Assembly: GCA_051532035.1 (NCBI GenBank)
Contig: JAOPTW010000011.1
Span: 1-64,000, forward strand
Length of the DNA stretch: 64,000 nucleotides
From: Fibrobacterales bacterium
GTDB lineage: Bacteria > Fibrobacterota > Fibrobacteria > Fibrobacterales > JAOPTW01
Direction of reading: 5' to 3'
Each line of letters begins with the position of its first letter. Positions within the stretch are counted from its first letter, which is position 1. This document shows, in pieces, positions 32,201 through 41,151 of this stretch. Position numbers and translations under genes: made by a program. A model generated the notes under the pieces. That model searched no databases, was not told the DNA's origin, and saw only the letters and a list, made by a program, of their open reading frames with translations.

Positions 32201-35200
32201 TACTTATACTATCAATGGCCAGCTCGCTGCACCTTCGGTGGATGTCGTTGCAGGAGCGTATGCTACTATACAGAATATTGCTGTGACAGAACCCAGTGGG
32301 AGTGAGGTTTTTTATACTACAGATGGTCAAGAACCAACTCAGAGCTCTACACCGGTTACGGGAACTATTACTATAGATGGGACGGCAACCTATCAGTTCA
32401 AAGCATTTAAAGATGGTTGGGTTTCTAGTCCGCTAACTATTCGAACCTATACAATGGAAATTGCGGAACCTGTGGTTACTGAAGATGCAAATCATGCGAC
32501 AGAGATCACGGTCATAGCAGAGAAATCAGTAGGAACTATTTATTATACTTCAGGAGTTACAAGTGCTATTCCTGAGCCCTCAGCATCAAATGGTACCCTC
32601 TACTCGGGAGTAATACCCGTTCGAGGTTCAGCATATTATAAATTTAAGGAGTACCGTGATGGTTGGAGAGCAAGTCCAACAGTCATCCGCCATTATGTCA
32701 TTAATGGATCGGCAACAACCCCCATTATAACCCCAGACAGAAGTGGTGCGAGTAGTGTTGCGGTAACTGCTTCAGTACCCGCTGGCACCATACACTACAC
32801 TTTTGTGGCAAATGGTATTCCTAACGATCCGACTGATCTGTCGGCTACCTGGAGTGATCACTCGGTTACCTCAACGGGTACCTATAAATTTATTGTGTTT
32901 CACACTGGTTTTACGCCGAGTGCTGTGGTGTCTGCTACCTATACCATAAATGGTCTTGCTCCTTATAGTAGCATAACAACCGATCGTTCAGCATCATCGT
33001 CAATACCGGTATCGGTGTCAGCATCGGGGAGTTCTGTCTATTTTAGTTCAACAACAAATGGTACGGAACCTGGAAGGCCATCAACCTCTTCTCCTTGGTC
33101 AGATCGTACACTATCGGGAGCGGGAACTCATAAGTATACCTTTCTCATCACCCGTTCAGGCTATGTCGAACAAATTGTGAGTCGAACCTATACCATAAAT
33201 GGTCTTGCTCCTTATAGTAGCATAACAACCGATCGTTCAGCATCATCGTCAATACCGGTATCGGTGTCAGCATCGGGGAGTTCTGTCTATTTTAGTTCAA
33301 CAACAAATGGTACGGAACCTGGAAGGCCATCTACTACTTCTCCTTGGTCAAATCGTACGCTATCGGGAGCGGGAACTCATAAGTATACCTTTCTCATCAC
33401 CCGTTCAGGCTATGTTGAACAAATTGTGAGTCGAACCTATACCATAAATGGTCTTGCTCCTTATAGTAGCATAACAACCGATCGTTCAGGGCCATCGTCA
33501 ATACCTGTTTCTGTGTCAGCATCGGGGAGTACTGTCTATTTTAGTTCAACAACAAATGGTACGGAACCTGGAAGGCCATCAACCTCTTCTCCTTGGTCAG
33601 ATCGTACAGTATCGGGACCGGGAACTCATAAGTATACCTTTCTCATCACCCGTTCAGGCTATGTTGAACAAATTGTGAGTCGGACCTATACCATAAATGG
33701 TCTTGCTCCTTATAGTAGCATAACAACCGATCGTTCAGCACCATCGTCAATACCGGTATCGGTGTCAGCATCGGGGAGTACTGTCTATTTTAGTTCAACA
33801 ACAAATGGTACGGAACCTGGAAGGCCATCAACCTCTTCTCCTTGGTCAGATCGTACAGTATCGGGACCGGGAACTCATCGGTATACCTTTCTCATCACTC
33901 GTTCGGGCTATGTCGAACAAGTTGTGAGTCGAACCTATACCATCAATGGTCTTGCTCCTTATAGTAGCATAACAACCAATCGTTCAGCAGCATCGTCAAT
34001 ACCTGTTTCTGTGTCAGCATCGGGGAGTTCTGTCTATTTTAGTTCAACAACAAATGGTACGGAACCTGGAAGGCCATCTACTACTTCTCCTTGGTCAAAT
34101 CGTACGCTATCGGGAGCGGGAACTCATAAGTATACCTTTCTCATCACCCGTTCAGGCTATGTCGAACAAATTGTGAGCCGAACCTATACCATAAATGGGC
34201 CAGCACCAACGCCTGTAGTGAGTAATGTAACAACAGGTAATGATAGAGTGTTCCTTACCGCGAGTGGTTCAGGTACAATACATTTTACCTATAATGCAAG
34301 TGCGTCTCCTCCAAATCCTACGAGTGGTTCGGCTCAATGGAGTAATAGGTTTATACTCCCGAGTACTGATGGCTATTATAGATTTATAAATGCAGTACCG
34401 GGCTATGAAGCAAGTGCAGCAGTAGAGCGTCATATGAGGGTGACACCAACATTTGCGCTTCCGACTCAATCGTTATCGTGTGGGACATATCGGGATGAAC
34501 AACAGATGACTGTTTCGTACAATACTGCAGGCACCCTTTATTACACAACGAATGGCGCTACACCGACTACCTCCTCTACACGATATACCGGGGCAATAAC
34601 CGTTGATCGGTCAACGAATTATAAATTTCGCACAATAGCGAGCGGCTGGAATCCAAGTCCAGTAAGGACCTGTAACATAACTTTAAAAGTATCTAACCCT
34701 GCTTTGCCGCCGAGTCAAACTTTTAACAATGGTGTGGATTTGATTCTATGGTCTTTTGATGATTCAGAGGTGCACTATACACGCGGTACTACTGAACCTA
34801 CTGAATCCAATGGTACAATTGTGGACAGGATCCATGCAAACTATACGCAAACATTAAATGTTAAAGCATTTAGAGACGGGTGGACTCCAAGTGATATGAT
34901 TTCGGAGACCTATACCTTTGTTATTTTAGAGCCTGATGTTACAGATAATAATACTACTGCTGCAGTTGGTTCATTGCCAATCACAGTAGATGCGTTGTCT
35001 GGAGCCACTGTACGATACACGCATTCTCAAACATCCAAACCATCAAACCCCATTTCAACGTCTTCGGAATGGTCTAATACATCAATTACTTCACCAGGCT
35101 ATTATAATTTTAAAGTATTCAATCAAAGTTGGACGGCGAGTAGTACTGTGGAACGTTTTTACAAACTTAAATTACCGACCCCTTCAATCAGTGCTACTCC

Positions 35201-35414
35201 GGTAGGGAATGTAAAAGTAACGGTTTCAAGTACAGTAGATGGCGCTCAATTAAGATATAGAGTAAGTGGTGGGAGTTGGATTTCTTATACAGGACCAGTT
35301 TCGTACCCATGTGCGGGGCCTGGATGTGGTCATGCTACCATTACTTTTGAGGCTCAGGCAACATTAACAAACTGGGAAGAAAGTAACGTGAGGTCACAAT
35401 CGGTGAATTTTTAA
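29298..35414 (+). CDS. 2038-aa surface lipoprotein with two Ig-like (AIR9/A9-type) domains and many chitobiase/beta-hexosaminidase C-terminal (FN3-associated) repeats
   Basis: Lipobox LTGC. DLEGATTFQWLR and KKGTTQFQWYR Ig repeats. Recurrent I(H/Y)YTxDGxxP...YT motifs. Confidence 0.85.
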   Translation: MMKYLQNIFTILICTVLMTLTGCFFNSDLESTRDYAISLEANKAIPIDRIDVMYSVGNDSTYSSYRDGSIFHTSIDSTTDKYSILFTLKGDKKDQAVIEYIWYSNGIAILSNRNEFVLGGAVDLNNAHIDSSMVDILIAYHTNKMVENENSNDPVHQQNVYAYNSGLFSSLIASNIVGADSATAINLYRAYKTQQITLYGLQIAPDTLRILSQSRDSLEYYGYPFTELLGYLFPETENFDDLVAILPQTIDIPVKDSTTTIDEPQSVAFTISGSIVAHAAETEYIHVIIVDTLTQESVTVLATKELLNYSAVWRKVLPQVYRVDVQFYSSDSIQTGIASVYFDAVQQVVTLPGVDAWNGKPTITLSAVDTLSINDQFVFYINGSDTLQGTIDSMQMKIGTNDWATVTTTDTLFNAPATQVDSLWLYGKVIDTEGNVVVDSTLTTVLLDLPTLTATAVDTVIDLSDSIRISWVGSDKYGSIINYSVRPLEHATVADWIDAGLSEKISFAHVSGDGVIRYLVRATDDDTQMVYDTVSVLKLIDPPIATSVSISGSAEQNGSLVVSYLYSDHLGDLEGATTFQWLRGSDSIAGATTISYTPNYADSGKVLSCIVTPVALTGYATVGEAVIAQFANQVTGFTAPVASNVSINGSAQFGQTLQAFFDYDDAESDKKGTTQFQWYRDDSPIVGATLVGYQVTAEDVGHMLSVQVIPVALTGHIVSGAPVVSEGVFAEGTLPSPAIDTPSGTFAENQSVTISTSVENGTIHYTIDGSKPTEQSESYTGAIEISSTVVLYAAVFKSGWNSSIPAVETYIINGSTSPPVISADNKESATPFDITAVAGEGIIYVTQSTDVPLEPNESSTVVNGPITIDRTMNYNFKVFRSGFRPSITVSRSYGINGQAIAPKITPSNNDATGISVTALGTGIIYYTTDGTDPSDTSEEWIDREVISTGTYRFRIYREFYLPSDIVTATYTINGQLAAPSVDVVAGAYATIQNIAVTEPSGSEVFYTTDGQEPTQSSTPVTGTITIDGTATYQFKAFKDGWVSSPLTIRTYTMEIAEPVVTEDANHATEITVIAEKSVGTIYYTSGVTSAIPEPSASNGTLYSGVIPVRGSAYYKFKEYRDGWRASPTVIRHYVINGSATTPIITPDRSGASSVAVTASVPAGTIHYTFVANGIPNDPTDLSATWSDHSVTSTGTYKFIVFHTGFTPSAVVSATYTINGLAPYSSITTDRSASSSIPVSVSASGSSVYFSSTTNGTEPGRPSTSSPWSDRTLSGAGTHKYTFLITRSGYVEQIVSRTYTINGLAPYSSITTDRSASSSIPVSVSASGSSVYFSSTTNGTEPGRPSTTSPWSNRTLSGAGTHKYTFLITRSGYVEQIVSRTYTINGLAPYSSITTDRSGPSSIPVSVSASGSTVYFSSTTNGTEPGRPSTSSPWSDRTVSGPGTHKYTFLITRSGYVEQIVSRTYTINGLAPYSSITTDRSAPSSIPVSVSASGSTVYFSSTTNGTEPGRPSTSSPWSDRTVSGPGTHRYTFLITRSGYVEQVVSRTYTINGLAPYSSITTNRSAASSIPVSVSASGSSVYFSSTTNGTEPGRPSTTSPWSNRTLSGAGTHKYTFLITRSGYVEQIVSRTYTINGPAPTPVVSNVTTGNDRVFLTASGSGTIHFTYNASASPPNPTSGSAQWSNRFILPSTDGYYRFINAVPGYEASAAVERHMRVTPTFALPTQSLSCGTYRDEQQMTVSYNTAGTLYYTTNGATPTTSSTRYTGAITVDRSTNYKFRTIASGWNPSPVRTCNITLKVSNPALPPSQTFNNGVDLILWSFDDSEVHYTRGTTEPTESNGTIVDRIHANYTQTLNVKAFRDGWTPSDMISETYTFVILEPDVTDNNTTAAVGSLPITVDALSGATVRYTHSQTSKPSNPISTSSEWSNTSITSPGYYNFKVFNQSWTASSTVERFYKLKLPTPSISATPVGNVKVTVSSTVDGAQLRYRVSGGSWISYTGPVSYPCAGPGCGHATITFEAQATLTNWEESNVRSQSVNF
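32937..34198 (+). repeat. Five near-identical 249-bp (83-aa) intragenic tandem repeats
   Basis: Unit start ACCTATACCAT(A/C)AATGG recurs at 32937, 33186, 33435, 33684, 33933 and 34182. Confidence 0.97.
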
Positions 35415-35511
35415 AATGGGGCAATTTAGGTTAGAACTCGTTAAATCTCCCGCTACCAAAGTAACAATTACTGGAGGAAGTTCGATAAGAGCTGTATTTG
35501 AATAATCCCCC

Positions 35512-36729
35512 CTAAACAAATTGCCCAGCTGCAAAGCCAGAAGACCAGGCCCACTGAAGATTAAATCCCCCCAAGTGTCCCGTCACATCAACAACTTCAC
35601 CAATAAAAAAGAGACCTGGTTGTTTTTTGCTCTCCATAGTCTTAGAGGAGAGTTCGTTGGTATCCACACCACCAAGGGTAACCTCTGCAGTACGGTAACC
35701 TTCGGTGCCACAGGGCTTCAGTATCCAATGATTGAGGTGATTACCTATTGTTTCTAGTACAGAGTCTGGGAGTTGTGCAATGGGCTGTTCTTTCCACTCA
35801 GCCCAGAAAAATGATTCGAGTTCTCCCACCATTTTTTTGGTGAGGTTCTTAGTCAGTAGATTTCGTAGAAGAGTTTTGGGACTGTTTTTCTTAGCATCAA
35901 TAAGCCAGTTATACATTGAAGTGTCGGGAAAGAGGTTCATGTAGATATCTTCTCCGGGTGCCCAATAATTTGATACTTGGAGGGATACTGGTCCACTGAG
36001 GCCACGGTGGGTAAAGAGGACGTTTTCTCTAAAGCTTATGGAGCCTGTTCCCATAACGACATCAAGGGCAAAACCCGATACGTTTGAGAAGAGTTCTTTT
36101 AATTTGTCTGAGAACATGAAAGGGACAAGGCCTGCCTGGAGTGGTTTGACGTCTAAGCCAAATTGTTTGGCAATGGTATGTCCATAATCGCAGGCACCGA
36201 CACCAGGGATTGAGAGGCCGCCAGTAGCTATAACTACAGACTGAGTGGTAAAATCACCCTCTACTGTTTCGATACGATACTGAGGTGAGTCTGCTTCGGT
36301 AGGTTCGAGGGCTTCAATAGAAGTTACTTCGTGTTTACACGCAATCTCTACATCGGCAGATTGACAGAGGTCAATGAGTAGATTGGATATGTCTTTGGCA
36401 GAATCGCTACAAAAGAGTTGGCCATGAGCGCGCTCTTCATAGGGAATGTTGTTTGTTTCAATGAGTTCTAAAAAGTCATATTGAGTGTAGCGATTGAGGG
36501 CTGACTTGCAAAAATGCTCATTGTGAGAAACAAAGTTTGAAGGCTCGGCAAACAGATTCGTGAAGTTACACTTGCCACCACCCGACATTAAAATCTTCCG
36601 ACCAGGCTTTTTACCTTTGTCCAAAATGAGTACACTCCGGCCGCGTTTTCCTGCTTCCCAAGCGCACATGAGTCCCGCTGCTCCTGCACCTACAATTATA
36701 ACGTCATATTGATCCAACTCACTCTCCAT
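35512..36729 (-). CDS. HI0933/YhiN/BaiN-family FAD/NAD(P)-dependent oxidoreductase
   Basis: GAGAAG, GRKILMSGGGKCNFTN, LFTHRGLSGP, GEVVDVTGHLGGFNLQWAWSSG. Start placed at ATG 36729. Confidence 0.93.
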   Translation of the reverse strand: MESELDQYDVIIVGAGAAGLMCAWEAGKRGRSVLILDKGKKPGRKILMSGGGKCNFTNLFAEPSNFVSHNEHFCKSALNRYTQYDFLELIETNNIPYEERAHGQLFCSDSAKDISNLLIDLCQSADVEIACKHEVTSIEALEPTEADSPQYRIETVEGDFTTQSVVIATGGLSIPGVGACDYGHTIAKQFGLDVKPLQAGLVPFMFSDKLKELFSNVSGFALDVVMGTGSISFRENVLFTHRGLSGPVSLQVSNYWAPGEDIYMNLFPDTSMYNWLIDAKKNSPKTLLRNLLTKNLTKKMVGELESFFWAEWKEQPIAQLPDSVLETIGNHLNHWILKPCGTEGYRTAEVTLGGVDTNELSSKTMESKKQPGLFFIGEVVDVTGHLGGFNLQWAWSSGFAAGQFV

Positions 36730-36992
36730 GCCAATGATTGCTCTGTAATCGTCAAAACTAGCTTTTTCAGTTGAAAATAGCGCCGTGAGATTGGTTTCAG
36801 AGGGGGGAATGAGGGAGGGAGTACAAAAAAGACCACTCACTGAATAGTAAGTGGCTTTTAAGCTCCTTTGTGGTAAATTAGTGGCTTTATTACTGCTATT
36901 CTGAGCCTTAGTGTTCTCTTGTGGCCTATTAACTCTTACAAACTTGTATTATATTTGCGGTGCACCTCCTTCAACACTGGGACACACGAGGG

Positions 36993-37829
36993 ATGACACA
37001 CACTAATATCTACAGTTTTCACGACTACCGTGAATTCTTAAAAGCCTATCTTGATTGTCAAAAAGCGACTAATCCGCTGTTTTCACACCGTTGGTTTACT
37101 CAAAAAGCAGGGTATCGTTCAACAGGACTGTTCCTGGATATTGTACAGAATAAAAGTAATCTGACGGTCAATATGGCATCTAAGTTTGCAAAAGCGATGA
37201 AGTTGAGTGAACGTGAACATGAGTATCTCGTATTACTCATTCTGTATGATTCGTGCAAAAATGATACCGCAAAAGAGCAGTACCTCGAAGAGATTACACG
37301 TTTTGTACCCACCAAATACACACAACTAAAAGAGCACCACCGGCGCTATTATGAGAATTGGTACTATAGTGCCATTCGAGAGGCACTTTGTATCTTAGAT
37401 ATTGATGAGAATAGCAAGGAGCTTGCGAGGTTTTTAAAGCCCAATATTACTGATGCACAGGTAGATGAAGCCTTGGAGACGTTAAGAGAGCTCGATCTGA
37501 TAGAGCAGAATGATGATGGCTTTTGGAAGGCGCGGAATAACTGCCTTTCTGCAGGTGCAGAAATAGGAACCGAGAGTATCCGTACCTATCACCACAACAT
37601 GATCACCCTTGCACGAGAGTCCATTACACGATTTACACCAGACAAAAGGTATGTAACCTCTCAATCATTGGCTATCTCTAAAAACAAGTACACAGAGCTT
37701 CTCAATAAGATTAAAACCATATATATGGAGCTGTTTGATAGTGTTGGTGACGATACCGATGAACAGTTTGTTTACCAATTTAATATTCAGTTTTTTCCAC
37801 TCACAGAATCAGTAACCCTTTCTGATTAA
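36993..37829 (+). CDS. TIGR02147-family protein (putative HTH regulator, DUF4423-like)
   Basis: IYSFHDYREFL, FSHRWF..KAG, YYENWYYSAIRE, YQFNIQFFP. Family typical of Fibrobacterota. Confidence 0.88.
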   Translation: MTHTNIYSFHDYREFLKAYLDCQKATNPLFSHRWFTQKAGYRSTGLFLDIVQNKSNLTVNMASKFAKAMKLSEREHEYLVLLILYDSCKNDTAKEQYLEEITRFVPTKYTQLKEHHRRYYENWYYSAIREALCILDIDENSKELARFLKPNITDAQVDEALETLRELDLIEQNDDGFWKARNNCLSAGAEIGTESIRTYHHNMITLARESITRFTPDKRYVTSQSLAISKNKYTELLNKIKTIYMELFDSVGDDTDEQFVYQFNIQFFPLTESVTLSD

Positions 37830-37839
37830 TGAGGACTTT

Positions 37840-39561
37840 ATGAAACAATCAATGATCACTTTTATAGCTTCTGCCATGGCTCTTTTGTTGTGGCACTGTA
37901 CTTTGTCTGAAACGAGCGGTACGGCTTCGGGAGCAGAAAATGCAATAGCAGGGGTTGTCTATTATCCTGACTCATCAGTTGCAGCCGGGGTTCCTGTTGC
38001 ATTGAGACAAGGAAGCATAAATCCTAATACCGAAACGATAGTGTTTAAGGACACAACTAATGTACGGGGTGAGTTTTCCTTTGTTCACAGTATGGACTCG
38101 GGTGTAATAGTTGTAGCCCATGAGTATCAATCAGAAGTTGTTGGAGAACGGGTAGCAGTTTCTCTCGATGATGAAAGTATTGTCATAAACCTTAAGGAAA
38201 CATACGATTTTTCTATTGTAGTTCCGGTGTATTTCGATACGGTTCAATTATGGGTAGAGGGTGATAGTATTGCTGTACAAGGGTTTGCAGGCGATACATT
38301 GCTATTACCTTCCATACCTATTGGGAAACGAACACTGTATATAGAACAAGACTCTTTAATAATTACTGATACGATAGTGATACCAGATGAAAGAGCGGTG
38401 AATATCCCCGTTGAATCCTCCAGTGCGAAAAATACCCTATCATCTTCGACACAGCTTGCTGCTGTTGTTGAGCTATCTTCGACACAGGATCCTGTTGTTG
38501 TTGAACTATCTTCATCAAGTGTAACCGTTGACACTGTACCAGTGAGTAACGCGGGGTCTGATACGTCGTGGTATTTTTCTCATGAAATTGATAGCACCAA
38601 TCCACTTACTTTTTCTGTGGAGAGTTTCCATTTTGCAATTAATAATATATCAGAACGGGTCTATCCAACGTTTGCAAAAGCGCCCGATCATTATGATCAT
38701 TTAATCTGGGAGACATTGGACCCCGAAGTGTTTCATATTAAGGGTGATACTTTTGTATTTAATGACTTTGGTGTCGGGAGGTTGAGAATGGTTGATACCG
38801 TAGAATGGCGTGAAGGGATTTTACCGATACATGTTGATTTCTATTTTGATGATAGGGGGACCAATGCGACCTTTACACTCGGCGATGATTCGTTGGACGT
38901 CTATACTCAATTATTGAGTGGCAGAGCCAACAGTGATAACGAGGGGACAATCTATACTACCGTATTGCTTGATGGTATAAGAATTATGAGAGAAAATTTG
39001 ATTATGATTACTGACTCAGGGAGTAGTTGTTATGATGAGGATGATGAAAACTGTGAAACATATGGACGTCTCTATAATTGGGAACAAGCAAAAAAGAGTT
39101 GCCCTGATGGCTGGAGGATTCCCATGAATAGTGAGTGGAGCCGCATTGGCAAATATATTACCCAACAAGAATCTCTTAACGCAGGCCTCTGGGGTATCTG
39201 GCCTGTGGGGAAACAGATGATGCAAGACACTCTTGGACTTTGGTTGGATAGTATGGATATTGCTCTTGATCTTCCTGGAGATCGACATGGCTTTTCTGCA
39301 GTTCCAGCGGGTTATTTTGATGCAACGACACAAACCTACCGTGACTTGCAGCATGGAACAGTATTTTGGAGTATTGATGACGAGAGCCCAGAAGATCGCA
39401 CAACTATTACATGGTCCTTACATTCCGATTCTCAAAATTTTATACGTTCGGGCATAGAATCGCTGCGTCCTTATAATGGTCAAACGAGTGAAACGACACT
39501 CACTGAGTTTCCAGACCTTTCTCAGAACTATTATTCGGTACGGTGTATTCGAGACCAATAA
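37840..39561 (+). CDS. Probable lipoprotein with C-terminal FISUMP (Fib_succ_major) domain
   Basis: IMRENL, CETYGRLYNW, CPDGWRIP..EW, GFSAVPAG, YSVRCIRD. N-terminal SGTASGAENA motif. Short 33-bp tandem repeat at 38442-38516. Confidence 0.88.
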   Translation: MKQSMITFIASAMALLLWHCTLSETSGTASGAENAIAGVVYYPDSSVAAGVPVALRQGSINPNTETIVFKDTTNVRGEFSFVHSMDSGVIVVAHEYQSEVVGERVAVSLDDESIVINLKETYDFSIVVPVYFDTVQLWVEGDSIAVQGFAGDTLLLPSIPIGKRTLYIEQDSLIITDTIVIPDERAVNIPVESSSAKNTLSSSTQLAAVVELSSTQDPVVVELSSSSVTVDTVPVSNAGSDTSWYFSHEIDSTNPLTFSVESFHFAINNISERVYPTFAKAPDHYDHLIWETLDPEVFHIKGDTFVFNDFGVGRLRMVDTVEWREGILPIHVDFYFDDRGTNATFTLGDDSLDVYTQLLSGRANSDNEGTIYTTVLLDGIRIMRENLIMITDSGSSCYDEDDENCETYGRLYNWEQAKKSCPDGWRIPMNSEWSRIGKYITQQESLNAGLWGIWPVGKQMMQDTLGLWLDSMDIALDLPGDRHGFSAVPAGYFDATTQTYRDLQHGTVFWSIDDESPEDRTTITWSLHSDSQNFIRSGIESLRPYNGQTSETTLTEFPDLSQNYYSVRCIRDQ

Positions 39562-39610
39562 CTCGAACAGAGGGAAAGAAACTTCGGAACATCTTCGGAA
39601 CGATAGATTT

Positions 39611-39644
39611 TGGGATATCATGGTAATACAGGATATCCCATTTT
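39611..39644 (+). terminator. Probable terminator after TIGR02147-FISUMP pair
   Basis: TGGGATATC...GATATCCCA inverted repeat followed by TTTT. Confidence 0.55.
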
Positions 39645-39721
39645 AATGTAAATCTCAAATGATACCTTTGGTTTTAGCGGTACACGCTTAATAACACACA
39701 CACATACACAAGGGAATCAAA

Positions 39722-40435
39722 ATGAATTTTTCTAAACTTATTGTCATTACCACCACTTCAATGCTCCTTGCTTTTGGCGCAGCATCTGCAAAAGAGTACA
39801 AGCTTATTTCAGGTGTAAATACAATCGTAACGGCATCATCAACAGAAAGTGAAATGTATCCAGTATCTCATCTGAATGATTATGACGCTGAAAGCCGTTG
39901 GTCGTCAGATTGGTCGGATGTACAATCAGTAGAGATGGACTTTAATGCTCGCAAACCTATTGATAAAATAGTTCTTAACTGGGAATCAGCTTTTGCACGT
40001 TCAATTAAAATTTATGGAAAAAAGTTTAATGAACAATCGAGTTGGGAACTTATTTATGATGCAAATGGTACTCTTAATGGTGGCGAAACAGTAATAGAGA
40101 AGAAACTTGGTAGTTTCCGTATACTTAAATTCGAAATGTCAGAAAGAGCACTCCAACAATATGGTATCTCTCTTTACGAAATAGAAGTGTATTCTGAAAG
40201 GAATCATCTTCTTGCAAAAGAAATCACTCTTGAAGCACAGAGCAGCTACCACTACGGTCAAGCTGATGAGTGTAATAGCGCTAATCACGGTAAAATGGTT
40301 TTGGTCGCACATAACTACAAATCAACGTCACCACATAGTTATATTAAAGCGTGTCTGATGAACTCATACATTGAAGATGGTAAAACAAATATATTCTTTG
40401 ATTGGGTTGATGTCGCGACAGGCGCACACGACTAA
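39722..40435 (+). CDS. Secreted discoidin (F5/8 type C, CBM32-like) domain protein
   Basis: Signal peptide, TASS, SRWSS, IVLNWESAF, YGISLYEIEVY. Confidence 0.8.
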   Translation: MNFSKLIVITTTSMLLAFGAASAKEYKLISGVNTIVTASSTESEMYPVSHLNDYDAESRWSSDWSDVQSVEMDFNARKPIDKIVLNWESAFARSIKIYGKKFNEQSSWELIYDANGTLNGGETVIEKKLGSFRILKFEMSERALQQYGISLYEIEVYSERNHLLAKEITLEAQSSYHYGQADECNSANHGKMVLVAHNYKSTSPHSYIKACLMNSYIEDGKTNIFFDWVDVATGAHD

Positions 40436-40495
40436 AATAGTGTACGTAAAAGTTCTATTTTTTTTGATGTGAACTTCATAATTTGACAATAATTG

Positions 40496-40530
40496 AGGGA
40501 GTGGTAATTGTTTTACTGCTCTCTTTTTTT
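40496..40530 (+). terminator. Probable Rho-independent terminator
   Basis: GAGGGAGTGGTAA...TTACTGCTCTC followed by T7. Confidence 0.55.
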
Positions 40531-40550
40531 ATGTTTAACAGTGAAAATTA

Positions 40551-41003
40551 ATGAGGAAATTCTTAATGTATTACGTACTGGCTCTTTGTTTTTTATGTAT
40601 ACCACTTTTCTTGTCTGCGGCATCATCCGACCGAAAGAACTATGGTACTCTTATTTGCGATGAAGTAACGTCAATTTATGATGGGGATACGTTTCGATGT
40701 ACTATAAAAGATGTGCATCCACTTATCGGGAATAGAGTGAGTATTCGAGTGAATGGGGTAGATACACCTGAAATGAAAGGGAAAAGCAAGAAAGAGGTTA
40801 TTCTCGCCAGAAAAGCCAAGAAACGAACGGTCTCCTTTGTGAGAAACTGCCCTGAGAAGATTGCCCTTAAAAATGTAAGCCGTGGTAAATACTTTAGAAT
40901 CGCTGCAGATGTGTATTGTGGTAAGGAGTCTCTAGCCAAAACTCTCATCGATGAAGATCTCGGATATGAGTATTATGGAGGGAGAAAAAGGAAGTGGCGA
41001 TAG
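40551..41003 (+). CDS. Thermonuclease (SNase) family secreted nuclease
   Basis: IYDGDTF, IRVNGVDTPE, GKYFRIAADV, YYGG. Confidence 0.88.
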   Translation: MRKFLMYYVLALCFLCIPLFLSAASSDRKNYGTLICDEVTSIYDGDTFRCTIKDVHPLIGNRVSIRVNGVDTPEMKGKSKKEVILARKAKKRTVSFVRNCPEKIALKNVSRGKYFRIAADVYCGKESLAKTLIDEDLGYEYYGGRKRKWR

Positions 41004-41151
41004 TTACATTGCTCTATACAGCTCAAATTATCTCCTTTGCTTACCTTGGGTAAACGTGTGAATTTTTAATCATTTTTCTATCTTTGCCCTTATTCAGGTA
41101 TGATAACTCCCTATAGTATCGTCATACCACAGTTCATAGAGAGGGTTTATT

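Noticed and set aside
32937..34198. Tandem repeats as a CRISPR array
   Set aside because: Units are 249 bp, in frame, without unique spacers, and no cas genes are present.
37840..39720. FISUMP C-terminus as a diversity-generating retroelement target
   Set aside because: No reverse transcriptase, and I saw no template-repeat copy differing at adenines in the window.
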